A stretch of DNA of 64,000 bases from an uncultured Pseudomonadota bacterium (GTDB taxonomy: Bacteria; Myxococcota_A; Polyangia; Fen-1088), in assembly GCA_963729535.1 (NCBI GenBank), contig CAVSOL010000006.1, positions 111,418-175,417 of the forward strand, in the 5' to 3' direction. Made by a program: the position numbers and the translations under genes. The stretch's first letter is position 1; every line of letters begins with the position of its first letter. This document shows positions 28,146-38,977 of this stretch, piece by piece. Under the pieces are notes generated by a model. The model had not been told where the DNA came from, made no database searches, and saw only the letters and a list, made by a program, of their open reading frames with translations.

Positions 28146-30098
28146 TCAGGGCACGCGTCGTCGCAAGATCCCGCCGAACCCACCCGCGCCCCAGATGTCG
28201 TTCCGGCCGCTGCCCCAGATCGAGTCGATCCCCGGCGACGGGGTGTCGGTCCAGACGCCGTTCTCGAAGTGGTGAACGTTGCGGCCGCCGACAAAGGCTT
28301 CGCCCGCGCCTGGTGACCAGACGTCGCCTACCGATTCGTGGTCCCAGAAGCGAAGCCGCGTCCAGCTCGTCCCGTCGAAATGGTTGACGGTGTCGCCGGG
28401 GATGTAGAACGGAACGAAGCGTGACCACACGTCATCGGGAGCGTTGACCCAGATGTCGCCTCCGCCGCCCGGGGGAAGCAGCGTCCAGCCGCGGCCGTCC
28501 CACCGCGCCACCGCCGACGCGGCGTACTGTCGCTGGCTGCCACCGACCCAGACGTCATCGACACCGGTTCCGTGGACATGGCTGGGCAAGAAGTCGAACG
28601 GAAAGTCGACCGGCGACCAGGCGATGCCATCCCAGTGGAACACTTGCCCCTCCGCACCCGTCGGCCCCTGCCGCAGCGTCGTCATCCATGCATCGTCGGG
28701 TTTCGCACCCCAGATACTCCTGACCTCGTCGCTGCCGATCGAAAACGTCGTCCACGTCGTCCCGTCGCGGATCGCGAGCAGGCCGGCCGTGCCTCCCACC
28801 CAGACCGTGTATTCGTCAGGCACCCAGACGGTCATGATTGTGGCCGCCGGAGCGCCGGGCGGCAGCGGAACTTCGCGAAGCGCACTGCCGTCCCAGCGCA
28901 GCAGGGCGGTTCCTCCGAACCAGACGTTCTGCGGTCCGGTGCCGCGGATCTCCGCGACGCGCGCGGACGACCCCCGGGTCACGCGGCGCCAGACACCGCC
29001 CGCCAGCTCGTGGATCTCGCCGCCGCTGCCGACCGTCATCGCGACGCCCGGTTGGTCCGCCCACAGGCCCGTGGTGAACATCCCGGTCGCGGCGACGGCG
29101 ATGGTCCAGATCGATCCGTCGAGGTGGTAAACCCTGCCCTCGACGTCCAGGGCCCAGACGTCGTTCGGCGCCGTGCCGCTCAGGGCCGTGATGACAGCCG
29201 GCGCTTGATCGGCCGCCAGCGACGGCTGCCACGCCGAGCCGTCCCAGCGTTCGATCGCTTGCAAGGAGCCTCGGGTTAACGCGCGAAACGCCGAGTCGGG
29301 TCCGCTCGCCCAGATGTCCATGATCAGGCCGCCCGCCCCCGCGTCTTCGGATCTCCAGGCGGCGCCGTTCCATCGCAGCACCGTTTGCCCCGAGGCGATC
29401 CAGACGTCGTCACGCGCCGTGACCGCGACCCGCTCCGAGGAATCCTGCCGAATCAGCAGCGCGCTCGCGGTCTCGTCTAGGCGCCAAGCGCTGCCGTCGA
29501 AGTGCGCCACCGTGAGCGGGCCGACCGCCCAGACGTCGTCGGGCGCGCTGCCGTGAACGTCCTGCAGGATCTCCTGCGTCCGGAACACCTCCGACCAGCG
29601 AGCGCCGTCCCAGTGCAGGACGGCGCCGGCGGGTCCCAGCGTCTCGAGGTTTGCCCCGACCGCCCAGACCGAAGACGGGCCCGTCCCCCAGATGGCCCTC
29701 ACCTCGATGTCGGCGCCGCTCGCGACATGGGCCCAGGTGCCGTCGGCGCCGCGATGCAGGAACATGCCCGGCGTCTCGAGGCTGGCCCACACGTCGCGCG
29801 GCGAGCTCCCCCAGACGGCGATCAACCGGCGCCCCTGCGGCAGCGGGTTCACCCAGCACCAGCCGTCGGGCTCGCACAGCGCCGGCTGCATCACGACCGG
29901 CGGCGTGCCCCCGTCAGGGGCTCTGTCGGTGGCGGTGTCCATGGGCGCCCCGGCGTCCGCGCCCGTCATCGGCCTGTCGGGCTTGCTACCCGCATCGCGG
30001 TGCGGGGGGAGACCGGGATGGTCCACCCCGCAACCTGCGCCTGCGATCAGCAACCCCGCGACCAGCGAAACCCCGACCCCGACACGCAACGCCGCCAT
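28146..30098 (-). CDS. Large lipoprotein with about 13 tandem copies of an uncharacterised beta-propeller-like repeat (DVWAVG...HWDGxxW)
   Basis: ATG at 30098 with AAGGGAGGG SD; signal MAALRVGVGVSLVAGLLIAGAGC; repeat units of about 45 aa throughout. Confidence 0.75.
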   Translation of the reverse strand: MAALRVGVGVSLVAGLLIAGAGCGVDHPGLPPHRDAGSKPDRPMTGADAGAPMDTATDRAPDGGTPPVVMQPALCEPDGWCWVNPLPQGRRLIAVWGSSPRDVWASLETPGMFLHRGADGTWAHVASGADIEVRAIWGTGPSSVWAVGANLETLGPAGAVLHWDGARWSEVFRTQEILQDVHGSAPDDVWAVGPLTVAHFDGSAWRLDETASALLIRQDSSERVAVTARDDVWIASGQTVLRWNGAAWRSEDAGAGGLIMDIWASGPDSAFRALTRGSLQAIERWDGSAWQPSLAADQAPAVITALSGTAPNDVWALDVEGRVYHLDGSIWTIAVAATGMFTTGLWADQPGVAMTVGSGGEIHELAGGVWRRVTRGSSARVAEIRGTGPQNVWFGGTALLRWDGSALREVPLPPGAPAATIMTVWVPDEYTVWVGGTAGLLAIRDGTTWTTFSIGSDEVRSIWGAKPDDAWMTTLRQGPTGAEGQVFHWDGIAWSPVDFPFDFLPSHVHGTGVDDVWVGGSQRQYAASAVARWDGRGWTLLPPGGGGDIWVNAPDDVWSRFVPFYIPGDTVNHFDGTSWTRLRFWDHESVGDVWSPGAGEAFVGGRNVHHFENGVWTDTPSPGIDSIWGSGRNDIWGAGGFGGILRRRVP

Positions 30099-30450
30099 GG
30101 ACCCTCCCTTCGGAACACCAACCCGTCCCGAAGCTAAGGCGCGCAGCAACGCTAAGAAGCAGGGAGACCTCCCGCTTCGTCGCGTGCGCCGCTAGAGCGG
30201 CGACGACGTCGGCGATTCCCAGGCGCTGAACGCGACGTGCTGGATCGTGGCGTCGCTGAACACGCTCACGCTACCGCCGAAGAACGCGCCCCGGTAGGTG
30301 CGAAGCCCGTCCTCGATCACGAGCGGACCGTTGATCGCCACCACCGTGCCTCGGAAGACGGTCGTCGTCCCGCCGCCGCCCAGCGTCGCGCCGCCGGCGC
30401 CGCAACTCGAGGCGTCCATCATCCAGCGCGAGGCGACGCCGAACATCTCC

Positions 30451-31759
30451 ATGTTCGCGATAAGGTCGCTTCGGATGGGGGAGACCTTCGACGCGCCGTC
30501 GCTCGAGCGCGAGGCCGCTGCGGTCCTCGGCCGAGCGCTGGCGCGTTCATCCGCGTTGCACTTGCCGGGGATGCGGGACCAACATCGCGCCGAGGTCGAG
30601 CGGGCGATCGAGCTGGCGCACAACGCGCTCACCGTCGCGGACGCCGACGGTGGCATCCCCGAGACGATCGCGGGGGCGCGGTCCACGTTGGTGAAGGCCT
30701 ACGCCGCACGGGCCCGCGACGCGCGCCACGGAGCGGGCCAGCTGTCACTCGGCGCCCAGCGCGCCCCGACGCGCGACGACTGCCACGACGGCTGGCAGCG
30801 CGTCGAAGACATCGTGCGCGTCGCAGAGGCGGCGGCGGTCGAAGCCGCGCGCCTGGCGCTCCTGCTCGGCCAGTCGCCGGTACAGAGCGCGGCGCAAGTG
30901 GCCGAGGCGGCGGCAAGGGACGCGCGGCGGATCGTCGGCGAGCGAAATCACGCCTACACGTTCCATGTGGATCCGGGGTTCTCGTTCGGCGAGGGGTGGT
31001 ACCTCGCGGCCGCGGCCGTCCTCGCCAGCGTCGCGATCCAGATCGAGCCAGACAAGCCGCACACGTCCCAGGCAGAGCGGTTCCTGCGAGACGCCGGGCT
31101 CGCCGCGCTGTTCCAGCCCTATCGCTCGCGCCCCCGCGCCAACAAGCATCTCCCCGAGATCGTCGCGAGCGCCTTCCGCGCTGATCCGAACGCCGCTCAG
31201 CGCCGGCTTCGTGCCGCGTTCCTCGGCGACGCTCCGATCTCGCGCGCCGTCGCCGACTGGATCGACCAGAGGCTCGCCGGTGCCGCCGCGGGCAAGACCG
31301 TGTTGCTCTGGGTCCGGCACGGCACGCACCACCCGGCACGCAACACCAGGCATCCCGAGCTCGTCGAGCTCGCCCGCCGCGCGCTCGACGCGGGGCTCGT
31401 GCCCGTGCTCGTTGGCGACGCCGTGCGGGGCGGCGAAGCGCCGGCCGGCGCCGTCGACTGCACGCTGTTCTGGAAGGAGCCCCGTGTTTCAGGGCCCCGA
31501 CATGCGCCGAGCGCAGCTGCAGCTGTTCGAGCACATGCAGCGCGCGCACGGCCTGGTCGGTCAGCTCGGCGTCACCACGGCCGGCATGGACGGACCCGCG
31601 CTGATGGGCCTCCCGACGATATATCTGACGGAAGCTCCGAACGTGCGGCTCGGCGCCTGGGTGGGCGCTGTTCCGAACTACCGCGAGATCGTGCGCGGCG
31701 ACGCGCACCTCGAGCAGGTCAGCCGCACGCTGCGACGCTGGGCGGCCGGCAGCGATTAA
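30451..31759 (+). CDS. Hypothetical alpha-helical protein (frame correction needed about 31480)
   Basis: N-terminal 340 aa in ORF 30298..32088; the C-terminal 90 aa (...AVPNYREIVRGDAHLEQVSRTLRRWAAGSD*) are in ORF 30965..31759. Confidence 0.45.
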
Positions 31760-31778
31760 CGCCCGCGCGGTTGGCCGC

Positions 31779-32790
31779 TCATTCGAGATCCCGCCACGAC
31801 GGGGGCAGATTGCGCTCGATCTCGAGGGCGCCGAAGCCCGGCCTGTCTCGCGCACCGACCTGTTGCGCCCAGGCGGCCATCGCGCTCACACCGTCCTCCA
31901 GACGCACGGCGTCCCGAAAGCCGAGCAGCGCATGCGCCTTCGCGTGTGACGCGTGCACGTGCTCGGCCTCGAACCGCGCCGGCAGGTACTCGGGCCGGAA
32001 CGGAACGCCCATCGCGCGGCTGACGATCTCGGCGAGCTCGTTGACGCTGCAGGGACGGTCGGCCCCGATGTTGAACGTTTGGTCGTAGGCCTCGGGCCGT
32101 TCGATCGCTGCCACCATGACGGGCGCCACGTCCGACACGTGGCTGAACCCGCGCGTCTGCGTCCCGTCGCCGAAGATCGTGAGGGGCTCGCCACGCAGGA
32201 TCTGGTTCATGAAGATGCCGACGACGTTGCGGTAGCGGTCGCCGATGTTCTGGCGCTCGCCGTAGACGTTGTGGGGGCGGAAGACGATCGAGCGCAGGCC
32301 GAAGACGTCGCGGCTGATGCGCAGCTCCTGCTCGACCGCCGCACTTGCCGATGCCGTAGGGATCCGCGGGCGCGGGCGGCGTCTCCTCGGTGACCGGAGG
32401 CGCCGCGTGGCCGTACACGGCGATGGAGGACGCGAACACGAAGCAGCGAACCGCGTGGTTGATCGAGGCGTTGATCAGGTTGACGCTGCCGATCAGGTTG
32501 TTCTGGTAATTGAACCGCTTGATGAAGTGGCTCAGGCCTTCGGCGGCATACGCCGCGAGGTGGAACACGTACGCGAAGCGGTGTTCGTCGAACAGACGCC
32601 CGACGAGCTCGACGTCCAGGATCGACCCCGCGACGAACGTGGCTCGCGCGTCGACGTTGCCCCGCAAGCCACCCGACAGATCGTCGAGCGCCACGACCTC
32701 GTGGCGGCGCGCCACGAGCCCATCGACAACGTGCGAGCCGATGAGTCCGGCGGCTCCGGTCACCAAAACCTTGGCGCTCGATCCCGTCAA
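31779..32790 (-). CDS. NAD-dependent epimerase/dehydratase (SDR family; frame correction needed about 32340)
   Basis: VLVTGAAGLIGSHV Rossmann motif and PYGIGK (YxxxK) in ORF 31756..32790; AAVEQELRISRDVFGLRSIVFRPHNVYGERQNIGDRYRNVVGIFMNQILRGEPL... in the other frame. Confidence 0.8.
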
Positions 32791-32859
32791 GCGCGTCAGG
32801 TTACCCCGAACTGAAAATCGCCGTCCGCGGGGCTACCCGCGGCCAGCTTCGCGGAGTCC

Positions 32860-33010
32860 GTGCAGTCATATCTCGTCGAGCTGGCGCGGGGTCGGGATCC
32901 GCAGGCTGCGCTTTTCGGGGAGCACTGGCGTGACTGGCCGCGGAAGTGGGTGCAGCGGATTTGCAAGGCGGCGGGTGTGCCGAACGTCTCGGCACACGGG
33001 ATGCGTGGCC
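32860..33010 (+). pseudogene. Tyrosine-integrase internal fragment
   Basis: SYLVELARGRDPQAALFGEHWRDWPRKWVQRICKAAGVPNVSAHGMRG, near-identical to 38410-38560 and 42500-42650. Confidence 0.4.
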
Positions 33011-33282
33011 GGCGACTTCACCGCCGACGGCCTACCCGACATCGTCGTCGCCAACAAGAAAGGCGCGTTCGTGTTCATCCACGAGACGGGTGCCTCCGCC
33101 GGCCAGTGAGGCACCGCCGCGCTAAACAGGCCTTCGGCGTGTCGCAGTTCTGCGAGCACTTTTGAGAACGACAAACTCTCCGACCTGCGAAGGGGAGTAC
33201 GACGCCCGACGATGGGTTCGTGATCCGCTGAGGTTCGCTCGGTTGCGGGTCTGCGTCTGCCTCCCGTAGACTCCGGCGGCGC

Positions 33283-34830
33283 ATGCAACCGGGGCCGCTG
33301 AAGGAACACGCTCGTGCCTGCGCGTCGTGTGGCGGCTCGACCGACCACGATGCCCAGCGCTGCCGGTACTGCGGGTCGACGCTTCCGCGCTCGACCCATC
33401 ACCACGCCGCGCCGGCGCCGTCCGGCGTGCCCGCGCCCCACGTCAACTGGCGGCGCTGGATGTACTGGTACGTCGCGAGCGCGCTCGCCATTGGGGTGGT
33501 GTCGACGTTGGTCGCGGGGCTCCAGGCCAGGCGCGCCTCGCGACAGCCGTCGGTCGGCGCCGCTGGCCGGGTCGCGTCGGCGCGGCCTTCGTTCAGCGTC
33601 CACAGCCTCATCGCCGTCTTGCCGGACGGGCACGACGTCATCATCGGCCTCAATGACGACGGATATCACCTGGCGCGCTTCGACGCGCGCGCGTCGGTCG
33701 TCCGCTGGAGGATCCCGCTCCTGGCGAAGTACGGCGCCGACCGCGATCTCGTGGCCGTGCGGGGGGCAGAGGACGGCGGCATCGTCTATGTGGCCGACGA
33801 CTCACGGCTCCTGGCTCTTCGCCTCGCCGACGGCGGCCGGCTCTGGGAGGCGCCGCTCATGGCGGGGGTGGCGCCGTCCTGCGATCAGTGCGTGCGCGCG
33901 AGCGGTGATCGGGTGATCGTCCTCGAGCAGGACGGGTCGCTGCGCAGCTTCGAGGCCGGCACCGGCCGGCAGGTCTGGGAGCGCAAGCTGGCGAACCGCC
34001 CGGGAGAAGTGGAGCTCGCGGGCGACAAGATCGTCGTCTCTCGGAAGGGCGACGCCCGACGCGCCGGCGCGCGGTTCGAGCTGCTGGACGCTGGCGACGG
34101 CGAGGTGACGGTCGGCGTGGAGCCACGCTGCCGCAGCCTGAGGACCTTTCCCGACGAAACCGCCAGCGCGTCGTCGAGGCGGGTGTTCAGCCCCGACGGC
34201 GGATCGATGTTCGTCCAGTTCGGGCACTTTCGCATCTGCTTCCAGCGCTGGGATCTGCGCACCGGGAAGCAGGTCTGGGGAGGCAACTTCGCCGACCGGG
34301 AGCTCGGCACGATCGCGCTCCTGGGTGGGGGGGCGCTGCTCATCGCGACCGACAAGGCGGTCCACGCGCTGGACCAGGAGACCGGCGCCCTACGCACCAT
34401 CGTCAAGGACGCCGAGCACAAGCTGCAGCCGGTGGTGGCGCGCGCCGACCTGGTGGTGGTGACGGCAGTCCCGAGCTGGGACTCGTCGAACAAGCGCTTC
34501 TTTCTCTGGGGATACGATCCCAGGACCGGCCAGCGCCTCTGGCAGTACGCGTCGAACCAGAAGCCCGCGAGCTGGAGCGGCTCGAGCCCGTGGTGGGCCG
34601 TGCGCGATAGCGACTCCGGGATCATCGTGCTGCAGCTGCACGACGACAAGCATGTCAGCATCGACACCCTCGCTCACCGAACCGGCGCCAGCGCCGGGCG
34701 CAGCAGCTTCGAGGCGGCGGGGCATCGGCTCGACACCACCTTGATCGACCCGCTGGTCTGGGTCGACCGCGGCTCGACGGTCCAGGCCATCGACGTCCGG
34801 ACCCGCCGGATGACGTATCATGTCCCGTAG
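33283..34830 (+). CDS. Membrane-anchored PQQ-like beta-propeller protein with N-terminal zinc ribbon
   Basis: CASCGG...CRYCG ribbon, TM segment WMYWYVASALAIGVVSTLVAGL, then repeated ...DG..W-type PQQ/BamB-like blades. Confidence 0.75.
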   Translation: MQPGPLKEHARACASCGGSTDHDAQRCRYCGSTLPRSTHHHAAPAPSGVPAPHVNWRRWMYWYVASALAIGVVSTLVAGLQARRASRQPSVGAAGRVASARPSFSVHSLIAVLPDGHDVIIGLNDDGYHLARFDARASVVRWRIPLLAKYGADRDLVAVRGAEDGGIVYVADDSRLLALRLADGGRLWEAPLMAGVAPSCDQCVRASGDRVIVLEQDGSLRSFEAGTGRQVWERKLANRPGEVELAGDKIVVSRKGDARRAGARFELLDAGDGEVTVGVEPRCRSLRTFPDETASASSRRVFSPDGGSMFVQFGHFRICFQRWDLRTGKQVWGGNFADRELGTIALLGGGALLIATDKAVHALDQETGALRTIVKDAEHKLQPVVARADLVVVTAVPSWDSSNKRFFLWGYDPRTGQRLWQYASNQKPASWSGSSPWWAVRDSDSGIIVLQLHDDKHVSIDTLAHRTGASAGRSSFEAAGHRLDTTLIDPLVWVDRGSTVQAIDVRTRRMTYHVP

Positions 34831-34845
34831 CCCCGAAGGAGCACG

Positions 34846-35832
34846 ATGGGAATCCTGAGACGGCAACTCCGGTCGGTGATCGAATGGAAAGGCGTCGACG
34901 GCAAGGCGCTGTTCGCCCAGTGGTCTGACAACGGCGACGAGATCAAGAACGCCTCGAAGCTCATTGTCGGACCGGGGCAGGGGTGCATCTTCGTGTACGA
35001 GGGGCGCGTCGCGGCCGTCCAGCTCGAGCCCGGCATCTACCCGCTGAAGACCGCCAACATCCCGTTCCTCACCACGCTCAAGAAGGTCATGCAGTTCTTC
35101 GTGAGCGAGCACAAGGTCGGCATCTACTACTTCCGGACGGCGAAGCTCCTCGATCTGAAGTGGGGGACACCGTCGCCGATCAAGTACGACGACCCGGTCT
35201 ACAAGTTCCCGGTCACGTTGCGCGCCTTCGGCAACTACGCCATGCGCATCACCGAGCCCGGCGCTTTCTTCCGCGACGTGGTGGCCGGCAAGGATCCGTT
35301 CCTGATCGACGACATCCGCGAGCCCTTGAACGCCCGCCTGATCCAGCCGCTGGTCGACTTCCTGGCAGAGTCCAAGCTCAGCTACTCCCAGATCGACCCG
35401 GCCCGCGAGGAGATCGCCGCGGCGCTGACGCGCAAGCTGGCGCCCGACATCGAACGGCTCGGCTTCGAGCTCGAGGACTTCCGCATCGAGGGGACCAGCT
35501 TCGACGAGGACACCATGCGGCGGATCGACCGCATCGCTGACGTCGGCGCCGACCTCCACGCCGCCAGCGCAGCAGGTCTCACCTACGCGCAGATGCAGCA
35601 GCTCGCGGCGCTGCGCGACGCCGCCAAGAACGAAGGCGCGGCCGGCGCCGGGATGGCGATGGCCATCGGGATGGGTATGGGGAGCGGCCAAGTCGCGGCC
35701 GGCGTGGCGGCGACGCCGGCCGACGACGCGGCGGGCGCGAAGCTGCGCAAGCTGAAGATCCTGCTCGACCAGGGGCTGATCACGCAGGCCGAGCACGACG
35801 CGAAGCGGATCGAATCCTCGCCTCGCTCTGAG
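34846..35832 (+). CDS. SPFH/Band-7 (Band_7_1-type) domain protein with C-terminal SHOCT domain; C-terminus reads through repeat RPT-A
   Basis: GAAGGAG SD; WKGVDGKALFAQW...KLIVGPGQGCIFVYEGR...GIYPLKTANIPFL...YYFRT...WGTPSPI...LRAFGNYAMRITEPGAFF; SHOCT tail KLRKLKILLDQGLITQAEHDAKRIE. Confidence 0.75.
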
Positions 35833-35928
35833 CGGATAAGAAGAACAAGCGCGCTTTCGCCGATAAGCTCCCTTCCGTTAACCGCGCCTGGCCTCGACTT
35901 CTCGGGCCTTCGGCCCCCCCCTTGCCGG
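35833..35928 (+). repeat. RPT-A 95-bp repeat, copy 1 (contains CGGGCC-UUCG-GGCCCG hairpin)
   Basis: GCGGATAAGAAGAACAAGCGCG..TTCGCCGATAAGCTCCCTTCCGTTAACCGCGCCTGGCCTCGACTTCTCGGGCCTTCGGCCCCCCCTTGCCGGGG; other copies at 38978 and 41325. Confidence 0.5.
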
Positions 35929-36183
35929 GGTCGCTTGCTGGGGCGGGCCCTCACTCGGCATGTTGATCTACGGCGCGGGCGGCGATCGGAGGGGCGGGGG
36001 CCAGCGCGACATGCGACCTCTGGTAGTTCGTAAGCAGTCTATACTTAATGGTGGCGGACGCCCAGGCAACTCTCGACCGCGACCAGAACGTCATTGGCCG
36101 GTCTGAGATCGCTTCTGAAAAAGCGTTGGCACTTGATATGGCGATAGCGGGATTAGACCACGCCCCCATGAGCATCGACGGCC

Positions 36184-37941
36184 TCACTGCCGCCAGAACA
36201 GCGCGACGACCTGTTGCGTGTAGTCCGTGTACGAGCGGTAGGCGCCGCGTAGCCACAGCAGCGCGCGCTGGCTGCCGTCGCCGCCCGACGGCAGCAGCGG
36301 GCGGAGGTTGTCGCGGTTCGAGTTCTGAGTGATGGGCGTCCACGACCACGTCGCGCCCTGATCGGCGGTGACGCCGCGGTAGATCTCGTAGTGGCGGCGG
36401 TTGTCGGCGGTGCTGGTCAGCGGCGCGCCGGTCGTCGGGTTGGCGTTGGTCGATATGTAGACGACCGACGGATCGAAGGGGTCGAGCGTGGCGAGGCCGC
36501 TGTAGTCGTCTTCGTTCGCGTAGAGGCGCGATCCGGCGTAGGCGAGCGCAAAGTCACGCCACGCGGTTCCGTCCCAGCGCGCGTAGCGGTACCGGATGTC
36601 GTCGCCGCCCTGCCCGGTCGGAAGCCCCGCCGAGTTCATCTGCACGGAATAGGTGACGACCGGACGCCCCTGCGCGTCGAGTACCGTGTCCGAGCCCCAG
36701 GCCACCCGTTGCGCGTCGGCCTGGTAGATGCGTGTGCCCTGGTTTGGCATCGCCAGCCCCTCCGTCAGCGCGGCGATGCGCGTGCCGTCGCTGCGGTAGA
36801 GCAATCCGGCACGATAGAACACGTGGTAGAGGCTGGTGTCGAAGTCGCGCGGGTGCGCCTCGGTGTAGACGAGGTGGATGGTGTCGGTGCCGTTGCTCGC
36901 GTAGCGCACGTAGGGCCGTTGCAACGTGCCCGTGGAGGGCACGTTGATGACGACGTTGCCGCTTCTCCACGTCTGGCCCGAGTCGTCGGAGTACGCGTAG
37001 GACGGTTTGAAGCTGGCGTCGAGGCCACGGTAGAAGTCGTAGATACGGTTGGATTCGGACGACAGCAGGAACAGGTTGCTGTAGGTGAGCTTGGTCGTGG
37101 CGCTGGGGACGTAGGTCTGCTCCGCGGCCCACGTCAGCCCGTCGGTCGCCTGCGAGATGCGGTAGTAGAACCGGTTCTCGGTGTCATGTTTCCCGTACAC
37201 GCTGAGCAGGCGGCCGTCGGGGCGGACGAGAAACGCAGGTGAGTCGTGATCGTCGAGCTCGAGCTGTGCGTGCAGCTCGATGATGGTGGTGGTTCCCGTG
37301 CCGAGGTCGTGGACGAGCGCGCGCGCGTTGCCGCGGATGTTGGCGTTGCTGACGCCCGACGACAGCGTACCGACAATCATGCGGTTGCCGTAGAACAGCG
37401 CGCGCGGGCCCTGGAACCAGCACCAGCCGCCGTCGTCGGACAGCACCACCGGCGTTCCGGTCGGACCACCGGCCGCCCCGGAGGCACCACCGCGACCGCC
37501 GCCACCTATTCCGCCCGCGCCGGCCGACGCCCCGCCACGGCCAGCGCCTCCCACGCCGCCACCGGCGGCAGCTCCAGCACCGCCGGTCCCCGCGGACCCT
37601 GTCGCGCCCGCGCTGCCTGAAGTGCCCGCGCTGCCGCTGGTTCCCGCCGCGCCCGTGGTTCCCGCGGTGCCGGTCGTCCCCGCCCCGCCAATCGTGCCGG
37701 CCACCCCGGTCGCGCCCGCGCTGCCTGAAGTGCCCGCGCTGCCGGTGGTCCCGGCCGCACCCGTGGTGCCGGCCGCGCCCGACGTTCCCGCCACGCCTGT
37801 CGTTCCCGCGCCGCCCGAGATCCCAGCGCCGCCGCTCGTTCCGGCTGCACCGCTCGGCCCGGATCCCGACGGTGCGCAAGCGAGCAGCATCGCCGCCGAG
37901 ACCAGCGTCAGGACTCTACGCAGACACGACGTCGCCGACAT
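36184..37941 (-). CDS. BNR/sialidase-fold glycoside-hydrolase-like lipoprotein with in-frame (G[AS]AGT[TS])n linker, intact
   Basis: MSATSCLRRVLTLVSAAMLLAC signal; about 100-aa hexapeptide-repeat linker; SDDGGWCWFQ..., Asp-boxes SDDSGQTW and ADQGATWSW. Confidence 0.8.
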   Translation of the reverse strand: MSATSCLRRVLTLVSAAMLLACAPSGSGPSGAAGTSGGAGISGGAGTTGVAGTSGAAGTTGAAGTTGSAGTSGSAGATGVAGTIGGAGTTGTAGTTGAAGTSGSAGTSGSAGATGSAGTGGAGAAAGGGVGGAGRGGASAGAGGIGGGGRGGASGAAGGPTGTPVVLSDDGGWCWFQGPRALFYGNRMIVGTLSSGVSNANIRGNARALVHDLGTGTTTIIELHAQLELDDHDSPAFLVRPDGRLLSVYGKHDTENRFYYRISQATDGLTWAAEQTYVPSATTKLTYSNLFLLSSESNRIYDFYRGLDASFKPSYAYSDDSGQTWRSGNVVINVPSTGTLQRPYVRYASNGTDTIHLVYTEAHPRDFDTSLYHVFYRAGLLYRSDGTRIAALTEGLAMPNQGTRIYQADAQRVAWGSDTVLDAQGRPVVTYSVQMNSAGLPTGQGGDDIRYRYARWDGTAWRDFALAYAGSRLYANEDDYSGLATLDPFDPSVVYISTNANPTTGAPLTSTADNRRHYEIYRGVTADQGATWSWTPITQNSNRDNLRPLLPSGGDGSQRALLWLRGAYRSYTDYTQQVVALFWRQ

Positions 37942-38214
37942 TGTTGCTAGCCTTTACTATTTCCCCCACGCGGTCAAACGCACGTTGGTTCGGGACGTGT
38001 GTCGCGACATAGGCTCGTGCTAGGAGCGCTGCCGGGCGGGTTCCCAGGGAATCCGCGCTGTCGTTTGCCAAGCGAAGGGCAGATTCGAACGGAATCAACG
38101 ACGGCCGCTTGGGCCTGCACTTCGACTTCAGCTCCCGCAATTTCCGCGAGGCGTCGCCTCCTGCGGACACCGGCAGAAGCTTTGCGAGAGAGATCGGCCG
38201 CGAGCTAGAGGTGC

Positions 38215-38736
38215 GTGCGCCTCACACGTCGAGAGCGGCCAGCGCAAATCCGACGTGGCGATACTGCAGATCCTCCACTGCGCGCTGGGCGGCGTGGCCT
38301 GAGCACCACTGACAGGGCGTCCTGGCCGAGCGGAGCGCGGCGCCTCTCTGTTCAGTTCCTTGAGCGCATTTTCATGAAGAGCGCTTTTGCAGGTACTCGG
38401 ACGTTTCTGCAGCCGTATCTCGTCGAGCTGGCGCGGGGTCGGGATCCCAGGCGGCGCTGTTCGGGGAGCACTGGCGTGACTGGCCGAGGAAGTGGGTGCA
38501 GCGGATCTGCAAGGGGGCGGGTGTGCCGGAGGTCGTCGGCGCACGGGATGCGTGGGCAATGCGACGAAGGAGGCATGGCGGTGGATAGCGGGATCACCTC
38601 TCACGCGGTCGCATCGGCGCTCGGCCACGAGTCGTTCAAGACGACGGCCGAGAGTTACGCGAAGCGCGAGGCGGTGGCGGGTGCGCAGCAGAAACGGGCG
38701 CTCGCGGTGCTCACCGGTGGGCGGCTGGCGTCGTGA
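38215..38736 (+). pseudogene. Tyrosine integrase 3' remnant (second copy)
   Basis: ...FLQPYLVELARGRDP...GITSHAVASALGHESFKTTAESYAKREAVAGAQQKRALAVLTGGRLAS* spread over two or more frames. Confidence 0.55.
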
Positions 38737-38878
38737 TGGATGGCCTCCTCAATACCTGCGGAGGCGCCCAATCGTTCTCCAATCGTTCCCAGAACCGTAC
38801 TTTCAATCCGAACTGAAGAAAAACCGAAGTGCTTTCGTGGAGCTGAACGGGATCGAACCGTCGGCCTCCTCAATGCCA
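38737..38878 (-). mobile_element. att-like segment: spacer with tandem CCAATCGTTC(C) motifs plus duplicated 3' 42 nt of tRNA-Ala (38837-38878)
   Basis: Direct repeat of 42803-42944; the tRNA-derived part runs from the anticodon loop to the 3' end. Confidence 0.55.
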
Positions 38879-38879
38879 T

Positions 38880-38975
38880 TTCGGGGTGAAGTGAAGAAGA
38901 ACGAGTAGTTGAGACAACCAATCGTTCCCTCGATAAGCGAAACGTCAGCAGTTTCGAAGCTTTGTAGTGGGAACG
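38880..38975 (+). repeat. MITE-like inverted-repeat element, copy 2
   Basis: Same termini (AATCGTTCCC...GGGAACGATT) and core as 27985-28090. Confidence 0.45.
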
Positions 38976-38977
38976 AT

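Noticed and set aside
30192-30686. 164-aa minus-strand ORF in the divergent promoter region
   Set aside because: It shares the wobble position with the plus-strand gene starting at 30451, whose product reads like a real helical protein. There is no signal or SD for the minus ORF. A short real gene here cannot be fully excluded.
37622-38023. Pro/Ala/Val-rich plus ORF (PVVPAAP repeats)
   Set aside because: It is the antisense reading of the (GxAGTx)n linker of the BNR lipoprotein gene.
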